Shown here piece after piece: positions 25,588 through 34,355 of a stretch of 40,624 nt of DNA. Origin of the DNA: a virus (taxonomy: Duplodnaviria; Caudoviricetes); the IMG/VR virus record IMGVR_UViG_3300019877_000003, positions 1 through 40,624 of that record; one strand, written 5' to 3'. Within the stretch, counting starts at the first letter, position 1, and every line of letters starts with the position of its first letter. The notes under the pieces were generated by a model. The model was given only the letters and a program-made list of their open reading frames with translations. It did not search any database and was not told the origin of the DNA. The position numbers were made by a program, and so were the translations under genes.

Positions 25588-25815
25588 TTATGGAAGACTC
25601 TTTATATTTCCAATTATTTCTATATCGCTTTCATATGATTGTTTTCCCCATTCTTTTGGACGAATTGATCTAAATGGATTGTTTTTTATTATTTCTGGGG
25701 TTAGAACAACAAAAACAAATTCGCCATTCTCAGAAAAATAACCAATTCCAAAGAAATCTTTTTCTATTCCTTTTATTGTAGGAAGTCTAACAAGTTTATA
25801 GTCGTAGGTTGGCAT
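25588..25815 (-). CDS. Hypothetical protein sharing its first 7 aa with the FmdB gene
   Basis: 75 aa, starts MPTYDYK. Confidence 0.55.
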   Translation of the reverse strand: MPTYDYKLVRLPTIKGIEKDFFGIGYFSENGEFVFVVLTPEIIKNNPFRSIRPKEWGKQSYESDIEIIGNIKSLP

Positions 25816-26018
25816 TATTCACTCGGTTTACAACAATAATTCATCCAATATATTATTTTAGGATATCTCTCTTCACAATTCCAATCAATAGTGTCATCTT
25901 CCCAAACGCCTTCAATTAAACATACCCTTAACCATTCATCTTCTTCCATGTGTTCAGTTCTACCTTTTACGATATGTCTTTCTTCTGGCAGTCTATAACT
26001 ACATTTGATCCAGTTCAT
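25815..26018 (-). CDS. DUF551-like protein
   Basis: MNWIKCSYRLPE...IIYWM. Confidence 0.65.
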   Translation of the reverse strand: MNWIKCSYRLPEERHIVKGRTEHMEEDEWLRVCLIEGVWEDDTIDWNCEERYPKIIYWMNYCCKPSE

Positions 26019-26266
26019 ATATCACTCGGCTTTTCTGGTAAAGGCATCCAATGCGTTACTTCTTCGCTTTTCATTTCATATTCTATATCCATATAAGCAC
26101 CAACAGAATCAGAAGGTCCCATTCCTAGGAAATCCCAAAGACCAAATTGATTAACAATCCTAGCTATAGAAATTGGTTTAGGTTCATCTGTTCCTTGATT
26201 ATTGGCATACACTAATACAAAATCATATAGTTCAGGAAGTTTTTCTTCGACTTTTATCCAGTTCAT
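26015..26266 (-). CDS. DUF551 protein
   Basis: MNWIKVEEKLPE...VTHWMPLPEKP. Confidence 0.8.
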   Translation of the reverse strand: MNWIKVEEKLPELYDFVLVYANNQGTDEPKPISIARIVNQFGLWDFLGMGPSDSVGAYMDIEYEMKSEEVTHWMPLPEKPSDI

Positions 26267-26733
26267 ATTTGTAATACTCCATTAGATTCAATAGGTAATC
26301 TAGGAAATGGTCTCCAAAATAACGGTTTATTAAATCCATGTTTACATGACCACGTATCACTTTGATATCCATTCCAATACTCTGCTTCAGCTATTCCTTC
26401 TATTCCATCAAATAAAATAAATTGCATAGAATTTGATTTATAAGAAGGTGGCTTAAAATCTTCACATAAAATCCATTCATCTTCTGCATACCATTCACCA
26501 TCTATCAATATCGGTAATTTTGGTATAGGATGCCACCATTTTATGGAGTGTACTCCATACCCAACTGTAGTCAAAAAATTTGTTCTGTAATCTATTTCAG
26601 ATACACTATCCTTATAAACTTCATCTACTTTACCTATACATATCCAATCACATGAATCTTCGTTGAATGAACTTATTCCGATTAATATTTCATCTTCGGG
26701 AGGAAGTTTATTCGAGATGTGAGTCCAGTTCAT
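26263..26733 (-). CDS. Tandem DUF551-like protein
   Basis: Two W...P / W.P.P repeats (IKWWHPIPKLP, LFWRPFPRLP). Confidence 0.65.
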   Translation of the reverse strand: MNWTHISNKLPPEDEILIGISSFNEDSCDWICIGKVDEVYKDSVSEIDYRTNFLTTVGYGVHSIKWWHPIPKLPILIDGEWYAEDEWILCEDFKPPSYKSNSMQFILFDGIEGIAEAEYWNGYQSDTWSCKHGFNKPLFWRPFPRLPIESNGVLQI

Positions 26734-26771
26734 TTTATTCCATCGTGATGTTTAGGGTGGTCAACGAATCA

Positions 26772-27074
26772 TTAATCTTCATTTTCGTAATAAGTTCGTC
26801 CCTTCATGCGATAAATGAATTCTTCAACCTTTTTGCAATCATTATAATCGCCTCTGAAATAAAAAACTGCGCAGCCAAGATGAGGCGCATCACCAGTTAA
26901 AGTAAATCTCTTTAATTCATGAAAGTGTTCTATTCCTTTTTTTAAAGGACAATCTTTCATTTCTTCTGCACTTTTCCAAACTCCACAATCGCATTTTGAA
27001 TCAATTATTTCTGATCCGCACATATCGCAGTTTTTCATCTGATCTCTCCATTTAGGGTAGTCATTCTGTTTCAA
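26772..27074 (-). CDS. Hypothetical Cys-rich protein
   Basis: CDMC...CDC motifs. Confidence 0.55.
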   Translation of the reverse strand: MKQNDYPKWRDQMKNCDMCGSEIIDSKCDCGVWKSAEEMKDCPLKKGIEHFHELKRFTLTGDAPHLGCAVFYFRGDYNDCKKVEEFIYRMKGRTYYENED

Positions 27075-27429
27075 AAAAACGGGTATTGATCAATTCATTA
27101 ATTTTTTCCATTCTTTTTTTATATTTTTCATTGAAGTTTTCGCAATCAATTCCGTCATCAAATTCTTTATCAAGATAATAATATATTATATTTTCAAGAT
27201 CGTAAAAGTTTGGCTGAAAACCTAAAGTTATTTGTTTCAAAATATCATCTGGATCTACACCTTTACAATTTATGTATCCTAATACATATTTTTCTTCTGA
27301 TGTATTTTCCAAATATATTTTATATGCAATAGATTCTCCCATTTTTCTATCTTCAATAGACTGCCAATTTAAGAAGTCCCATTTTTCTATATTTACAAAT
27401 CTTTCAATATCATCTTTAATCCAGGTCAT
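27061..27429 (-). CDS. Hypothetical protein
   Basis: 122 aa, in operon. Confidence 0.55.
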   Translation of the reverse strand: MTWIKDDIERFVNIEKWDFLNWQSIEDRKMGESIAYKIYLENTSEEKYVLGYINCKGVDPDDILKQITLGFQPNFYDLENIIYYYLDKEFDDGIDCENFNEKYKKRMEKINELINTRFFETE

Positions 27430-27521
27430 ATTTAACTCATCACTCCATTTGGGTATGTCAACGTCTGATAATAGAACTTACGTTGCATTGTCTTCATCAA
27501 ACCTTATCAATATATAATTAT

Positions 27522-27725
27522 TTATTTAACCTTTATAATCCTTCTAAGTTTTGGCGGTGGATTATGCGGATCATATCCTTCAGGATCTGTAAATCGTCTT
27601 TTAGTCTTAGAATAAGCACTGCATTTTGGACTACAAAAAGGGTGTAAAAATCGAACACTCTTAAATTTTCTTTTACAAATTATGCATTCACAATCTTTGT
27701 AGTTCTTTTTTCTAACTTTTTCCAA
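27522..27725 (-). CDS. Small zinc-finger protein
   Basis: CIICKRKF...FCSPKC; SD GGAG. Confidence 0.6.
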   Translation of the reverse strand: MEKVRKKNYKDCECIICKRKFKSVRFLHPFCSPKCSAYSKTKRRFTDPEGYDPHNPPPKLRRIIKVK

Positions 27726-27825
27726 ACTCCTTCCCCTGGAATCTATAAATAAATTCTTTGTCTATCATAACTTTCCAAACTCACTAAAATCAGTGCCAAA
27801 ACAAAACATCTCGCTCATGAAAGAT

Positions 27826-28146
27826 CTAATCTTTATAACTTTCAAAGCGCATAGTTGACGACGAATTCGATATACTGGATCTTTGCTGAGAGTCTTTAAT
27901 CTTTGCTTTATACTTCTCTTCTTGAGTTTTCTTCCGCTCATATTCCTCGTAGTATTCTTTTATGAGTTTATCGAATTCTTTTCTTTTACCTGAATTTTTT
28001 GGTCTAAGTACGATTTTTTTGTAATATAATCTTATTATCTCTGATTCGACAGTTTCCTTACTTATTTCAATAATAGACATCAAAAGTTTTTTATTGAAAG
28101 ATTGGATTATTTGAGGTGGTATCGATGATATTGTTGTTGTTTTCAT
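27826..28146 (-). CDS. Hypothetical protein with MCP-like N-terminus
   Basis: MKTTTISSIPPQIIQSF resembles MCP start MQITNTGNLGPMILQSL. Confidence 0.55.
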   Translation of the reverse strand: MKTTTISSIPPQIIQSFNKKLLMSIIEISKETVESEIIRLYYKKIVLRPKNSGKRKEFDKLIKEYYEEYERKKTQEEKYKAKIKDSQQRSSISNSSSTMRFESYKD

Positions 28147-28385
28147 ATCCCCTCTGGTGGTTTAGGAAGCGGCATCCAATAACAAATTTCTATATCTTCA
28201 TAATCATGTTCTCGTCCTGAACAATGACAAGACTCCATATATTTATATCCATTCCACAAACATGTTTGAATATCTAAAGTTCTTTCATCTAAAATACCTG
28301 GAATGAAATTACCTACTAAAACATATCCTAAAAACTCGATATCTTTTGGAGCTTCTTTATCCTTAACACTGATCCATTCATTCAT
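28143..28385 (-). CDS. DUF551 protein (start re-assigned to MNEWISV)
   Basis: MNEWISVKDK...ICYWMPLPKPP. Confidence 0.75.
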   Translation of the reverse strand: MNEWISVKDKEAPKDIEFLGYVLVGNFIPGILDERTLDIQTCLWNGYKYMESCHCSGREHDYEDIEICYWMPLPKPPEGI

Positions 28386-28386
28386 G

Positions 28387-28623
28387 TTAACCTGGGGGTT
28401 TCGGAAGCGGCATCCAGTGAGTAACATCTCCCTTTTGAGCCCAAGGTATTTCTGTTTCCCATCCACTATCTGTATAAAATCTACTTCCATCATCTTCTAT
28501 GTAAGAACGAACATTATCCTTTTCATAAAAACCAACGGTTATATGATCGTCTAAATAGTGGTATACCAAAACATCATCATCGTTTTCAGGAAGTCTATCA
28601 CTACACTTTATCCACTCACTCAT
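28387..28623 (-). CDS. DUF551 protein (start re-assigned to MSEWIKC)
   Basis: MSEWIKCSDRLPE...VTHWMPLPKPP. Confidence 0.8.
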   Translation of the reverse strand: MSEWIKCSDRLPENDDDVLVYHYLDDHITVGFYEKDNVRSYIEDDGSRFYTDSGWETEIPWAQKGDVTHWMPLPKPPG

Positions 28624-28624
28624 A

Positions 28625-28906
28625 TCATTTCCTTGCATCAAAAACACAAGTATCCGGATTATATTGTCCATCTTGAGCATAAGGCCAGAATTCACCATTA
28701 TTCATCAAAGTCTCATCCATTACATCCTTGCATCTGATCATATCAGGATTATCTGAACGGATTCTATTATAGATTCTATTGAATTCAGAAGGTGCGTACG
28801 TACATCTAAAATCGCAATAACGTCTAGCCCAGTGTAGTAAGTCAATGAGATCTCTTTCGCTTATGATTGGGTTTGATTTAGTCATAAATTGTGCTGATAT
28901 TCGCAA
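28625..28906 (-). CDS. Hypothetical protein (likely start at MTKSN)
   Basis: ORF in operon. Confidence 0.55.
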   Translation of the reverse strand: MRISAQFMTKSNPIISERDLIDLLHWARRYCDFRCTYAPSEFNRIYNRIRSDNPDMIRCKDVMDETLMNNGEFWPYAQDGQYNPDTCVFDARK

Positions 28907-29237
28907 GTTCGCAATGAGGGCATTTCCATTCTTTAGCTTTGTTTTTTGGAATGAGGTCTATTTTTTCACATTTTGCACATGTTAAATATAGAATATAATT
29001 TTCTCTATTAAACTTAACATCATCTGGATCATAGAAAGGAGAAACATGCTCTCTCCCTGCCGTAATATTCTTCTGAGCACGAATATCTTTGTTAGACCAT
29101 GTCCAGCATTCTCCGGAATTATCTTGGAATGTAACCCAAAGAAGATCTGTTTCAATTCCATTGTCTATCAAAAAATGTGCTAAACATGTGCCTTTGGGGC
29201 TTGTTAGTGGAAGTGCTGGATCTATTCTAGTTATCAT
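28878..29237 (-). CDS. Hypothetical phage protein with C-terminal zinc ribbon
   Basis: PLTSPKG..AHFLIDNG.E..L.WV...GECWTW.N.DIR; CAKC..CPHC. Confidence 0.6.
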   Translation of the reverse strand: MITRIDPALPLTSPKGTCLAHFLIDNGIETDLLWVTFQDNSGECWTWSNKDIRAQKNITAGREHVSPFYDPDDVKFNRENYILYLTCAKCEKIDLIPKNKAKEWKCPHCELANISTIYD

Positions 29238-29902
29238 AAAACGATCCTCATAACCTTGTTAACAGGCTTATATCTTTCGTTAACGTAACTGCAATTGATA
29301 AAATGATAATCAACTCCACTTATAGTTTTATCTTTGTATTCGCCATACGCCTCATGAATATGACTAAACACCCATAATTTTGGTTTTACTCTTCCCATGA
29401 TTCTTCTTAGAGATTTACTTCCGCAATGTTCACCGTGAATATTTTTATCTAAAATACCGTGTGGAGGAGTATGGGAAATAAGTATGTCTATATCATTCGC
29501 AATCTTATCATATTCTTTCTTGAGCTCTTCTTCAGTTCCCATGAAAGCAGTACATTTTGGATTAACACCGTCGAATAGTAATGAGTTCGGAGTTCCCCAT
29601 ATCTTTAATCCTTCGAATTCTGTTCCTGAGTTGCACAAGTATTCAGTATTTTTTGGCCATTCTAAGTTAAATATTTTTCCATCAAAGAAAACTTCATAAT
29701 CTCCTTTTTCAACCAATTGAGTATCATGATTACCAGCTATCCATATTATTTTTCTGTATTCTTGTTGTGATAACCAATACAAAAACTCAACTGTTTGTAA
29801 TGGCGTATGTCTAGAAGTCAAATCCCCAGTAACAATTAATAAATCTCCACCTTCAAGTTTTGGATGGTGACCGTGAAGGCAACCGATGCAATCGATAATC
29901 AC
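29234..29902 (-). CDS. Calcineurin-like metallophosphoesterase
   Basis: GDL, AGNHD, ISHTPP, SHIHE motifs; first motif degenerate (GCLHG rather than SDxH). Confidence 0.85.
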   Translation of the reverse strand: MIIDCIGCLHGHHPKLEGGDLLIVTGDLTSRHTPLQTVEFLYWLSQQEYRKIIWIAGNHDTQLVEKGDYEVFFDGKIFNLEWPKNTEYLCNSGTEFEGLKIWGTPNSLLFDGVNPKCTAFMGTEEELKKEYDKIANDIDILISHTPPHGILDKNIHGEHCGSKSLRRIMGRVKPKLWVFSHIHEAYGEYKDKTISGVDYHFINCSYVNERYKPVNKVMRIVL

Positions 29903-30051
29903 TTCTCTTTCCTTATCATCTCAGCTAACCATTCAGTCATGACACCTATATGAAAGAAAGCGGCTCTATCATTACCTTCGATCAGTAAATTATGAATTAG
30001 AGTTAAATGATTCAACCCGTTCAAAGGTGTAAATTCGTTATTATCTTTCAT
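29899..30051 (-). CDS. Small hypothetical protein, 50 aa
   Basis: MKDNNEFTPL...; SD GAGGA; GTGA overlap with next gene. Confidence 0.45.
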   Translation of the reverse strand: MKDNNEFTPLNGLNHLTLIHNLLIEGNDRAAFFHIGVMTEWLAEMIRKEK

Positions 30052-30066
30052 AACATATCCTCATAT

Positions 30067-30095
30067 AAAAAAGCCCCTGGAAACACACCAGGGGC
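30067..30095 (-). terminator. Rho-independent terminator downstream of terL
   Basis: GCCCCTGG-7nt-CCAGGGGC-TTTTTT. Confidence 0.7.
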
Positions 30096-30238
30096 ACAAG
30101 ACCACAACACAATGTAATTGTATGAAAACTACAATATTACTGTACAGAAATTCGTTGATTTTGTCCATTATTTAAAGACAAAAAAAAATCCCCGTCGCCC
30201 ATTGCTCCGAGGATTTTTGATTTACCCATATAACTATA

Positions 30239-31513
30239 TCAGAAATTAGATTTAAATCGTTTGTCTTTATAATCGTTAGGATTGTGTTTATAAGGATCGT
30301 ACGTTGAAATCTTATGAGAAGCTACTACATATCTTAAAGCGTCGATTGCATGATCATCTCGTTTCATGGGCTCATCGTAACCACGCTCTGATGCTTTACT
30401 ATCCCAAACATAAGATTCCACTTCTCTAATTAGATTCTTGCATTCAGAGCATATAATCAATGCACCTCTTCTCATCTCAGATGTCATCATATATATTCCA
30501 TTCTCTACATCATTATTAGCATCAACAGTATGCATTCCTCTACGCCTAAGTTCAGTCTTGAAAGAAGCGGCACTTGGATCAATGTAAATCTGTTTTACAT
30601 CATAATCTTGCAAGAATTCTTGAACATCATCGGCCATCTCACTATTAGTCTTCTGCTTATTTTTTCCTTTATGATCCCAATAATATTCTTTTTCTACCCA
30701 CATTATCTTTCCAGTTTGAGTATAACGGCCCGTAGAAACTCCAATAAGCAAACAAGCAAATGGGTTGGAGGCGCCATAATCAATGCCAGCCACCCAATAC
30801 TCTGCCGCGGCAGGCGGCTTTGAAGTAACATATATCTTAGGTTCAAAAAAGTCGAAGATAGCCCCCTCAGCAAGACACCACAACCCCAAGTAATTGCGTT
30901 TATGAAAAATACCAGTGGAACTATCACGAATACGATTTTTATAATCTTCCGCAACGTAAGGAGTATCTGAGAGAGTAAAGTGAAGTGAGTAATAATTTGG
31001 ATCTCCTTGAATAGACTTATCAATCCATTGCTTAACTTTATGCTTCGGATGACTTGGGTTCATTGCTGCAAAACCACGACTATGAGGAAGAGATAAACGA
31101 GAATCAATCATATCAATAATAGATTCAGGATACAGAGTCATCTCGTCGCAATATACAAGAGAAATTGTTAATCCTTGAAAGTTACCAATAGCCCCTTCAT
31201 CCTTAGCTCCAAGAACTGTGATAACCTTATCTCTAAAGTAAAGCTTCTTTCCTGACCAAGTACAAAATGGACGAAATATAGCCATCTCAGGCGATTCCAT
31301 TAGCATCCGAACTACGTTTCTATATGCTGTATCAAACGTGTGACCCACGATGTATATCTGAGAATCAGGGCACATATATACAGCATGCATAAAAGCAAAA
31401 ACAGTACATACCGTTTTCCCTGTCCGAACTGAACCATGAGCAAGATTCCATTTTTTAGTACAACACTTGATAAATTCTAGTTGTTTGGGTGAGAATGCGT
31501 CTTTATTACTCAT
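30239..31513 (-). CDS. terL: Terminase large subunit (PBSX-like)
   Basis: Walker A GSVRTGKT, Walker B VYCDE, MNP coupling motif, nuclease GIDYG, IDPSA, DHAIDALRY. Confidence 0.95.
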   Translation of the reverse strand: MSNKDAFSPKQLEFIKCCTKKWNLAHGSVRTGKTVCTVFAFMHAVYMCPDSQIYIVGHTFDTAYRNVVRMLMESPEMAIFRPFCTWSGKKLYFRDKVITVLGAKDEGAIGNFQGLTISLVYCDEMTLYPESIIDMIDSRLSLPHSRGFAAMNPSHPKHKVKQWIDKSIQGDPNYYSLHFTLSDTPYVAEDYKNRIRDSSTGIFHKRNYLGLWCLAEGAIFDFFEPKIYVTSKPPAAAEYWVAGIDYGASNPFACLLIGVSTGRYTQTGKIMWVEKEYYWDHKGKNKQKTNSEMADDVQEFLQDYDVKQIYIDPSAASFKTELRRRGMHTVDANNDVENGIYMMTSEMRRGALIICSECKNLIREVESYVWDSKASERGYDEPMKRDDHAIDALRYVVASHKISTYDPYKHNPNDYKDKRFKSNF

Positions 31514-31646
31514 TTTTACCCTTTAAATATAGATGAATGGGATTCCCGCATCTAATTCCATTGTGAAGAATTCTCCACTTTTCAATACTTTTATTGATTA
31601 ATTCAATTTGTTTTTGACATGGTTTTTTTTCAGACATGGAGATCTT

Positions 31647-31823
31647 ATGTTTAATTGTAAAGAATGTAAAAAAAAGCTTTCATATAATGAAAAACATGAT
31701 GCTTACTATTGCAAGCGATGCAATATTTGGAATGAAAAGAATTGTGGATTTGAGAAGTGTTGTTTTTGTAGAGATAGACCTGAAAAACCATTAAAACCCA
31801 AAGTAGTAAAATTAAATGAGTGA
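31647..31823 (+). CDS. Small Cys-rich protein
   Basis: MFNCKEC...CKRC...C..CCFC; SD GGAG. Confidence 0.6.
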   Translation: MFNCKECKKKLSYNEKHDAYYCKRCNIWNEKNCGFEKCCFCRDRPEKPLKPKVVKLNE

Positions 31824-31986
31824 CGAATTCGTAAAGCCAACAAGAAAAGAACTCATAGAAATGCTAGACGAAATGAATGCTTCTATTGAAAGACTCCCTG
31901 TTTATGCGATGTCTTCACCTGTTTCTAACATGGATTTATCGGCATTGCTGATATTGCTTTCCGCCATACTTAAATCTGAAACTTGA
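31816..31986 (+). CDS. Small hypothetical protein, 56 aa
   Basis: MSDEFVKPTRKELIEMLDEM...LLILLSAILKSET; coupled to upstream gene; overlaps terS 3' end antisense. Confidence 0.5.
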   Translation: MSDEFVKPTRKELIEMLDEMNASIERLPVYAMSSPVSNMDLSALLILLSAILKSET

Positions 31987-32336
31987 GACTTAGTTAACAA
32001 GTTCATAACAGAATCGAATTTCTCTGCGATGGCATTGTTGAATTCGATTTGATCGGGGTTTTCTTTTTGTTTTAATCTATTTTTTCCTAACCATATTAAA
32101 AGAGTATTATCTCCTTCAATTGCTTTATGAAATTGTTTCTGTCTTAAAAGATAGTCACCAATAGATCTCTTTTCAGTACTATAGGCAGTAAAACCCATCT
32201 TAAACTTTTCTTCTACTCTTCTATATAAAGTATCCGGATGCATACAAAACTTAGCTGCAATTTCAGTTCCAATGCATCCTTCTATAAGCATTTGATCTAC
32301 TCTGTTCCAATCTATTTCTATTTCAGGCCTACTCAA
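31902..32336 (-). CDS. terS: Terminase small subunit
   Basis: N-terminal HTH (GTEIAAKFCMHPDTLYRR), LIWLGKNRLKQ motif, upstream of terL. Confidence 0.75.
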   Translation of the reverse strand: MSRPEIEIDWNRVDQMLIEGCIGTEIAAKFCMHPDTLYRRVEEKFKMGFTAYSTEKRSIGDYLLRQKQFHKAIEGDNTLLIWLGKNRLKQKENPDQIEFNNAIAEKFDSVMNLLTKSQVSDLSMAESNISNADKSMLETGEDIA

Positions 32337-32344
32337 ATTTCACC

Positions 32345-32818
32345 TTAGAATTCATGCCCACAACTAGGACAACATTTTAGTTTCTTTTCTTTTTCTTCAT
32401 CATCTTTAGAATCTAATTCATCATGCTCAAGATTCAAATGTAACTCTTCAGGAGTAAAACCAACGCTAATAAGTTCATCAATGTCATAAATACTAGCAAG
32501 TAAGTCATAGTCGAATTCGCCAGCATGCTTATTGTCCTTTAATACACGTGATTTCATTAAATCTAGTGATAGATCTTTCTCTACAATACAAGGAATTTCT
32601 TTCCATTTCAATTTCTTAGCAGCTTGAACACGTTGATTTCCTGCGTATACATTTAGAATTCCGTCTACTTCATTAATAAGTATAGGCCGACTATCAAGAA
32701 ACCCAGGATCACTAATGAGGGAATCACACAATCTATTAAGTTCATCTTTAGTTATCTTCCTTGGATTATCTTTAAGCAAAACAAGATCTTTTATACTGAC
32801 ATTTCTGATTTCGTGCAT
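32345..32818 (-). CDS. ParB/Srx N-terminal domain protein
   Basis: NPRKI...PILI...AGNQRVQAAK...DNK; C-terminal CPSCGHEF. Confidence 0.85.
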   Translation of the reverse strand: MHEIRNVSIKDLVLLKDNPRKITKDELNRLCDSLISDPGFLDSRPILINEVDGILNVYAGNQRVQAAKKLKWKEIPCIVEKDLSLDLMKSRVLKDNKHAGEFDYDLLASIYDIDELISVGFTPEELHLNLEHDELDSKDDEEKEKKLKCCPSCGHEF

Positions 32819-33216
32819 TTGGGTCTCTTAAATTTTTTGTAAAAAATCAAATCTTTATTTGCTTCAACATCTTGTCTTTTTATAATATAAGAAGAACCGC
32901 ATTTTTTAGCAGGCAGTATTTTTTTTCTAATCAGATGATATATTCTTTGCCGATCTAATTTAAATATTTCAGAAACCATTCCAGGAGATAGAAGTCCTTT
33001 ATCTAAATCGTATATTTTCTTTCCTTTTCTTAGAGTATAAAGTCGATTATGTTTAGAATTCACGTAATCTTGCCACCAACGATCAGTCAACATCCATTTT
33101 CCGTTTTCTTTAATTGCATTCAAACGATGATTATAAATACTTAGATAAATAGCCTGTCTTGTAATGCAATACTTATGCATCGCTTGAGAAACTGTCATCA
33201 GATTATCTTGATTCAC
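32791..33216 (-). CDS. euo: EUO-like transcription regulator (tandem HTH_17 domains)
   Basis: ITRQAIY...W...DY...G...DLDKG..S...Q.IY...GS..I collinear with chlamydial EUO as recalled. Confidence 0.75.
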   Translation of the reverse strand: MNQDNLMTVSQAMHKYCITRQAIYLSIYNHRLNAIKENGKWMLTDRWWQDYVNSKHNRLYTLRKGKKIYDLDKGLLSPGMVSEIFKLDRQRIYHLIRKKILPAKKCGSSYIIKRQDVEANKDLIFYKKFKRPKCTKSEMSV

Positions 33217-33270
33217 TTAATTCCTCGTTTCTTAATCTCTTCTTTCATGACTTTCTGTTTCTTTACTGTG

Positions 33271-33420
33271 TTAACTGATATTGTTTTTCTCCACGGATGA
33301 TCTGCTTTCGGCTTTATTTTTATCGTTGTATCCATATGTTTTATCGCATCCTATGCAATAGTAAAATGAAGAATATCTTTCGTATCTGTGAATGAAATTA
33401 TTACAAGACTTACATCTCAT
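33271..33420 (-). CDS. Small zinc-ribbon protein, 49 aa
   Basis: MRCKSC...CIGC; ATGA overlap with upstream gene. Confidence 0.4.
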   Translation of the reverse strand: MRCKSCNNFIHRYERYSSFYYCIGCDKTYGYNDKNKAESRSSVEKNNIS

Positions 33421-33620
33421 GTAATTTCTGGAATTTCCATCCAAAAGTCAGCCACGATTGGATGAGAATTATTGTTTTCTAAACTATAAAACTTATTTTC
33501 TTCTTGTACCCAGTAAGCTCTATGCGGTAACGAATATCTTCCATCAGCATGCTTATACATAACTAAGTATGTAGCATCGTCTTTAAGCGAGAATCTATCA
33601 AAAGACCAGTTAGGAATCAT
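33417..33620 (-). CDS. Hypothetical (divergent DUF551-like) protein
   Basis: Ends FWMEIPE. Confidence 0.5.
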   Translation of the reverse strand: MIPNWSFDRFSLKDDATYLVMYKHADGRYSLPHRAYWVQEENKFYSLENNNSHPIVADFWMEIPEIT

Positions 33621-33802
33621 AAAGCAGGAATACTCACATTAGCATCAACATCAGGACTTGCAGCTTGAGTCTCATCAACCACATCTGAAGCTTGACCTTG
33701 CGTATGAATCATGTTAATCGAATACGTACAAGATGAAAGATAAAGAGCTAAAATCAATCCTGCAATTATCAAAGGAACAAACATACATTTAAATAAGCTC
33801 AT
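33617..33802 (-). CDS. Putative small lipoprotein
   Basis: Hydrophobic signal followed by LSSC lipobox. Confidence 0.55.
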   Translation of the reverse strand: MSLFKCMFVPLIIAGLILALYLSSCTYSINMIHTQGQASDVVDETQAASPDVDANVSIPAL

Positions 33803-33875
33803 ACAAATGGATTCCTAGGTTTTGTAAACGAATCAATAATACATATAATTTTATTTAACAAATAAAGCAAGAAAG

Positions 33876-34355
33876 TCATGACTCCTCGATAGTTACCTCT
33901 ACATAATATTCTCGTACCTTACCTTTTCTCTGATCGTACTTTACAGTGATACCTTTATTATCATCCGCTCTTCCTGGCCTGAAGTCTTTTGTTATTTCCG
34001 CACAGATTTGATCCAGAATCCATTTCATGGACATAGGAAGGTTATCCCATTGGTCAAGTGATTTTGGCGCAATACGGATCATTGTAATGATTAACGGAAG
34101 CTTAAACTCAAATTGATTATCACAGAAGACCTTTCTTACTAACCATTTTTGAATTTTATGCCTATGCGCTTTCTTAACCCAGTTCTCTGACGAATTGCTT
34201 TCACTGACTGTTTTAATAGGAATATTGAATGTTGTTGTTTTTGTCATAAAGTCACTTGCAGATAAATAATTCGTTATGCAATATGAAAATGCATATTGTT
34301 TCATGTTTTTAAGGTTCGGGCCCTGGAGTCTTTCCAGGGTTTTTTTATTCATCAT
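33876..34355 (-). CDS. rusA: RusA-like Holliday junction resolvase (possible start 34247)
   Basis: D.WDNL..SMKWILD...ADD motif. Confidence 0.6.
   Translation of the reverse strand: MMNKKTLERLQGPNLKNMKQYAFSYCITNYLSASDFMTKTTTFNIPIKTVSESNSSENWVKKAHRHKIQKWLVRKVFCDNQFEFKLPLIITMIRIAPKSLDQWDNLPMSMKWILDQICAEITKDFRPGRADDNKGITVKYDQRKGKVREYYVEVTIEES

Noticed and set aside
23013-31513. Further introns or inteins in portal or terL
   Set aside because: Both ORFs are continuous and of normal size; short in-frame inserts cannot be excluded without alignment
33213-33335. 40-aa ORF with KPKADHPWR, resembling a transposase C-terminal motif
   Set aside because: Too short, no IS ends or catalytic domain; may be a real small gene but not a mobile element
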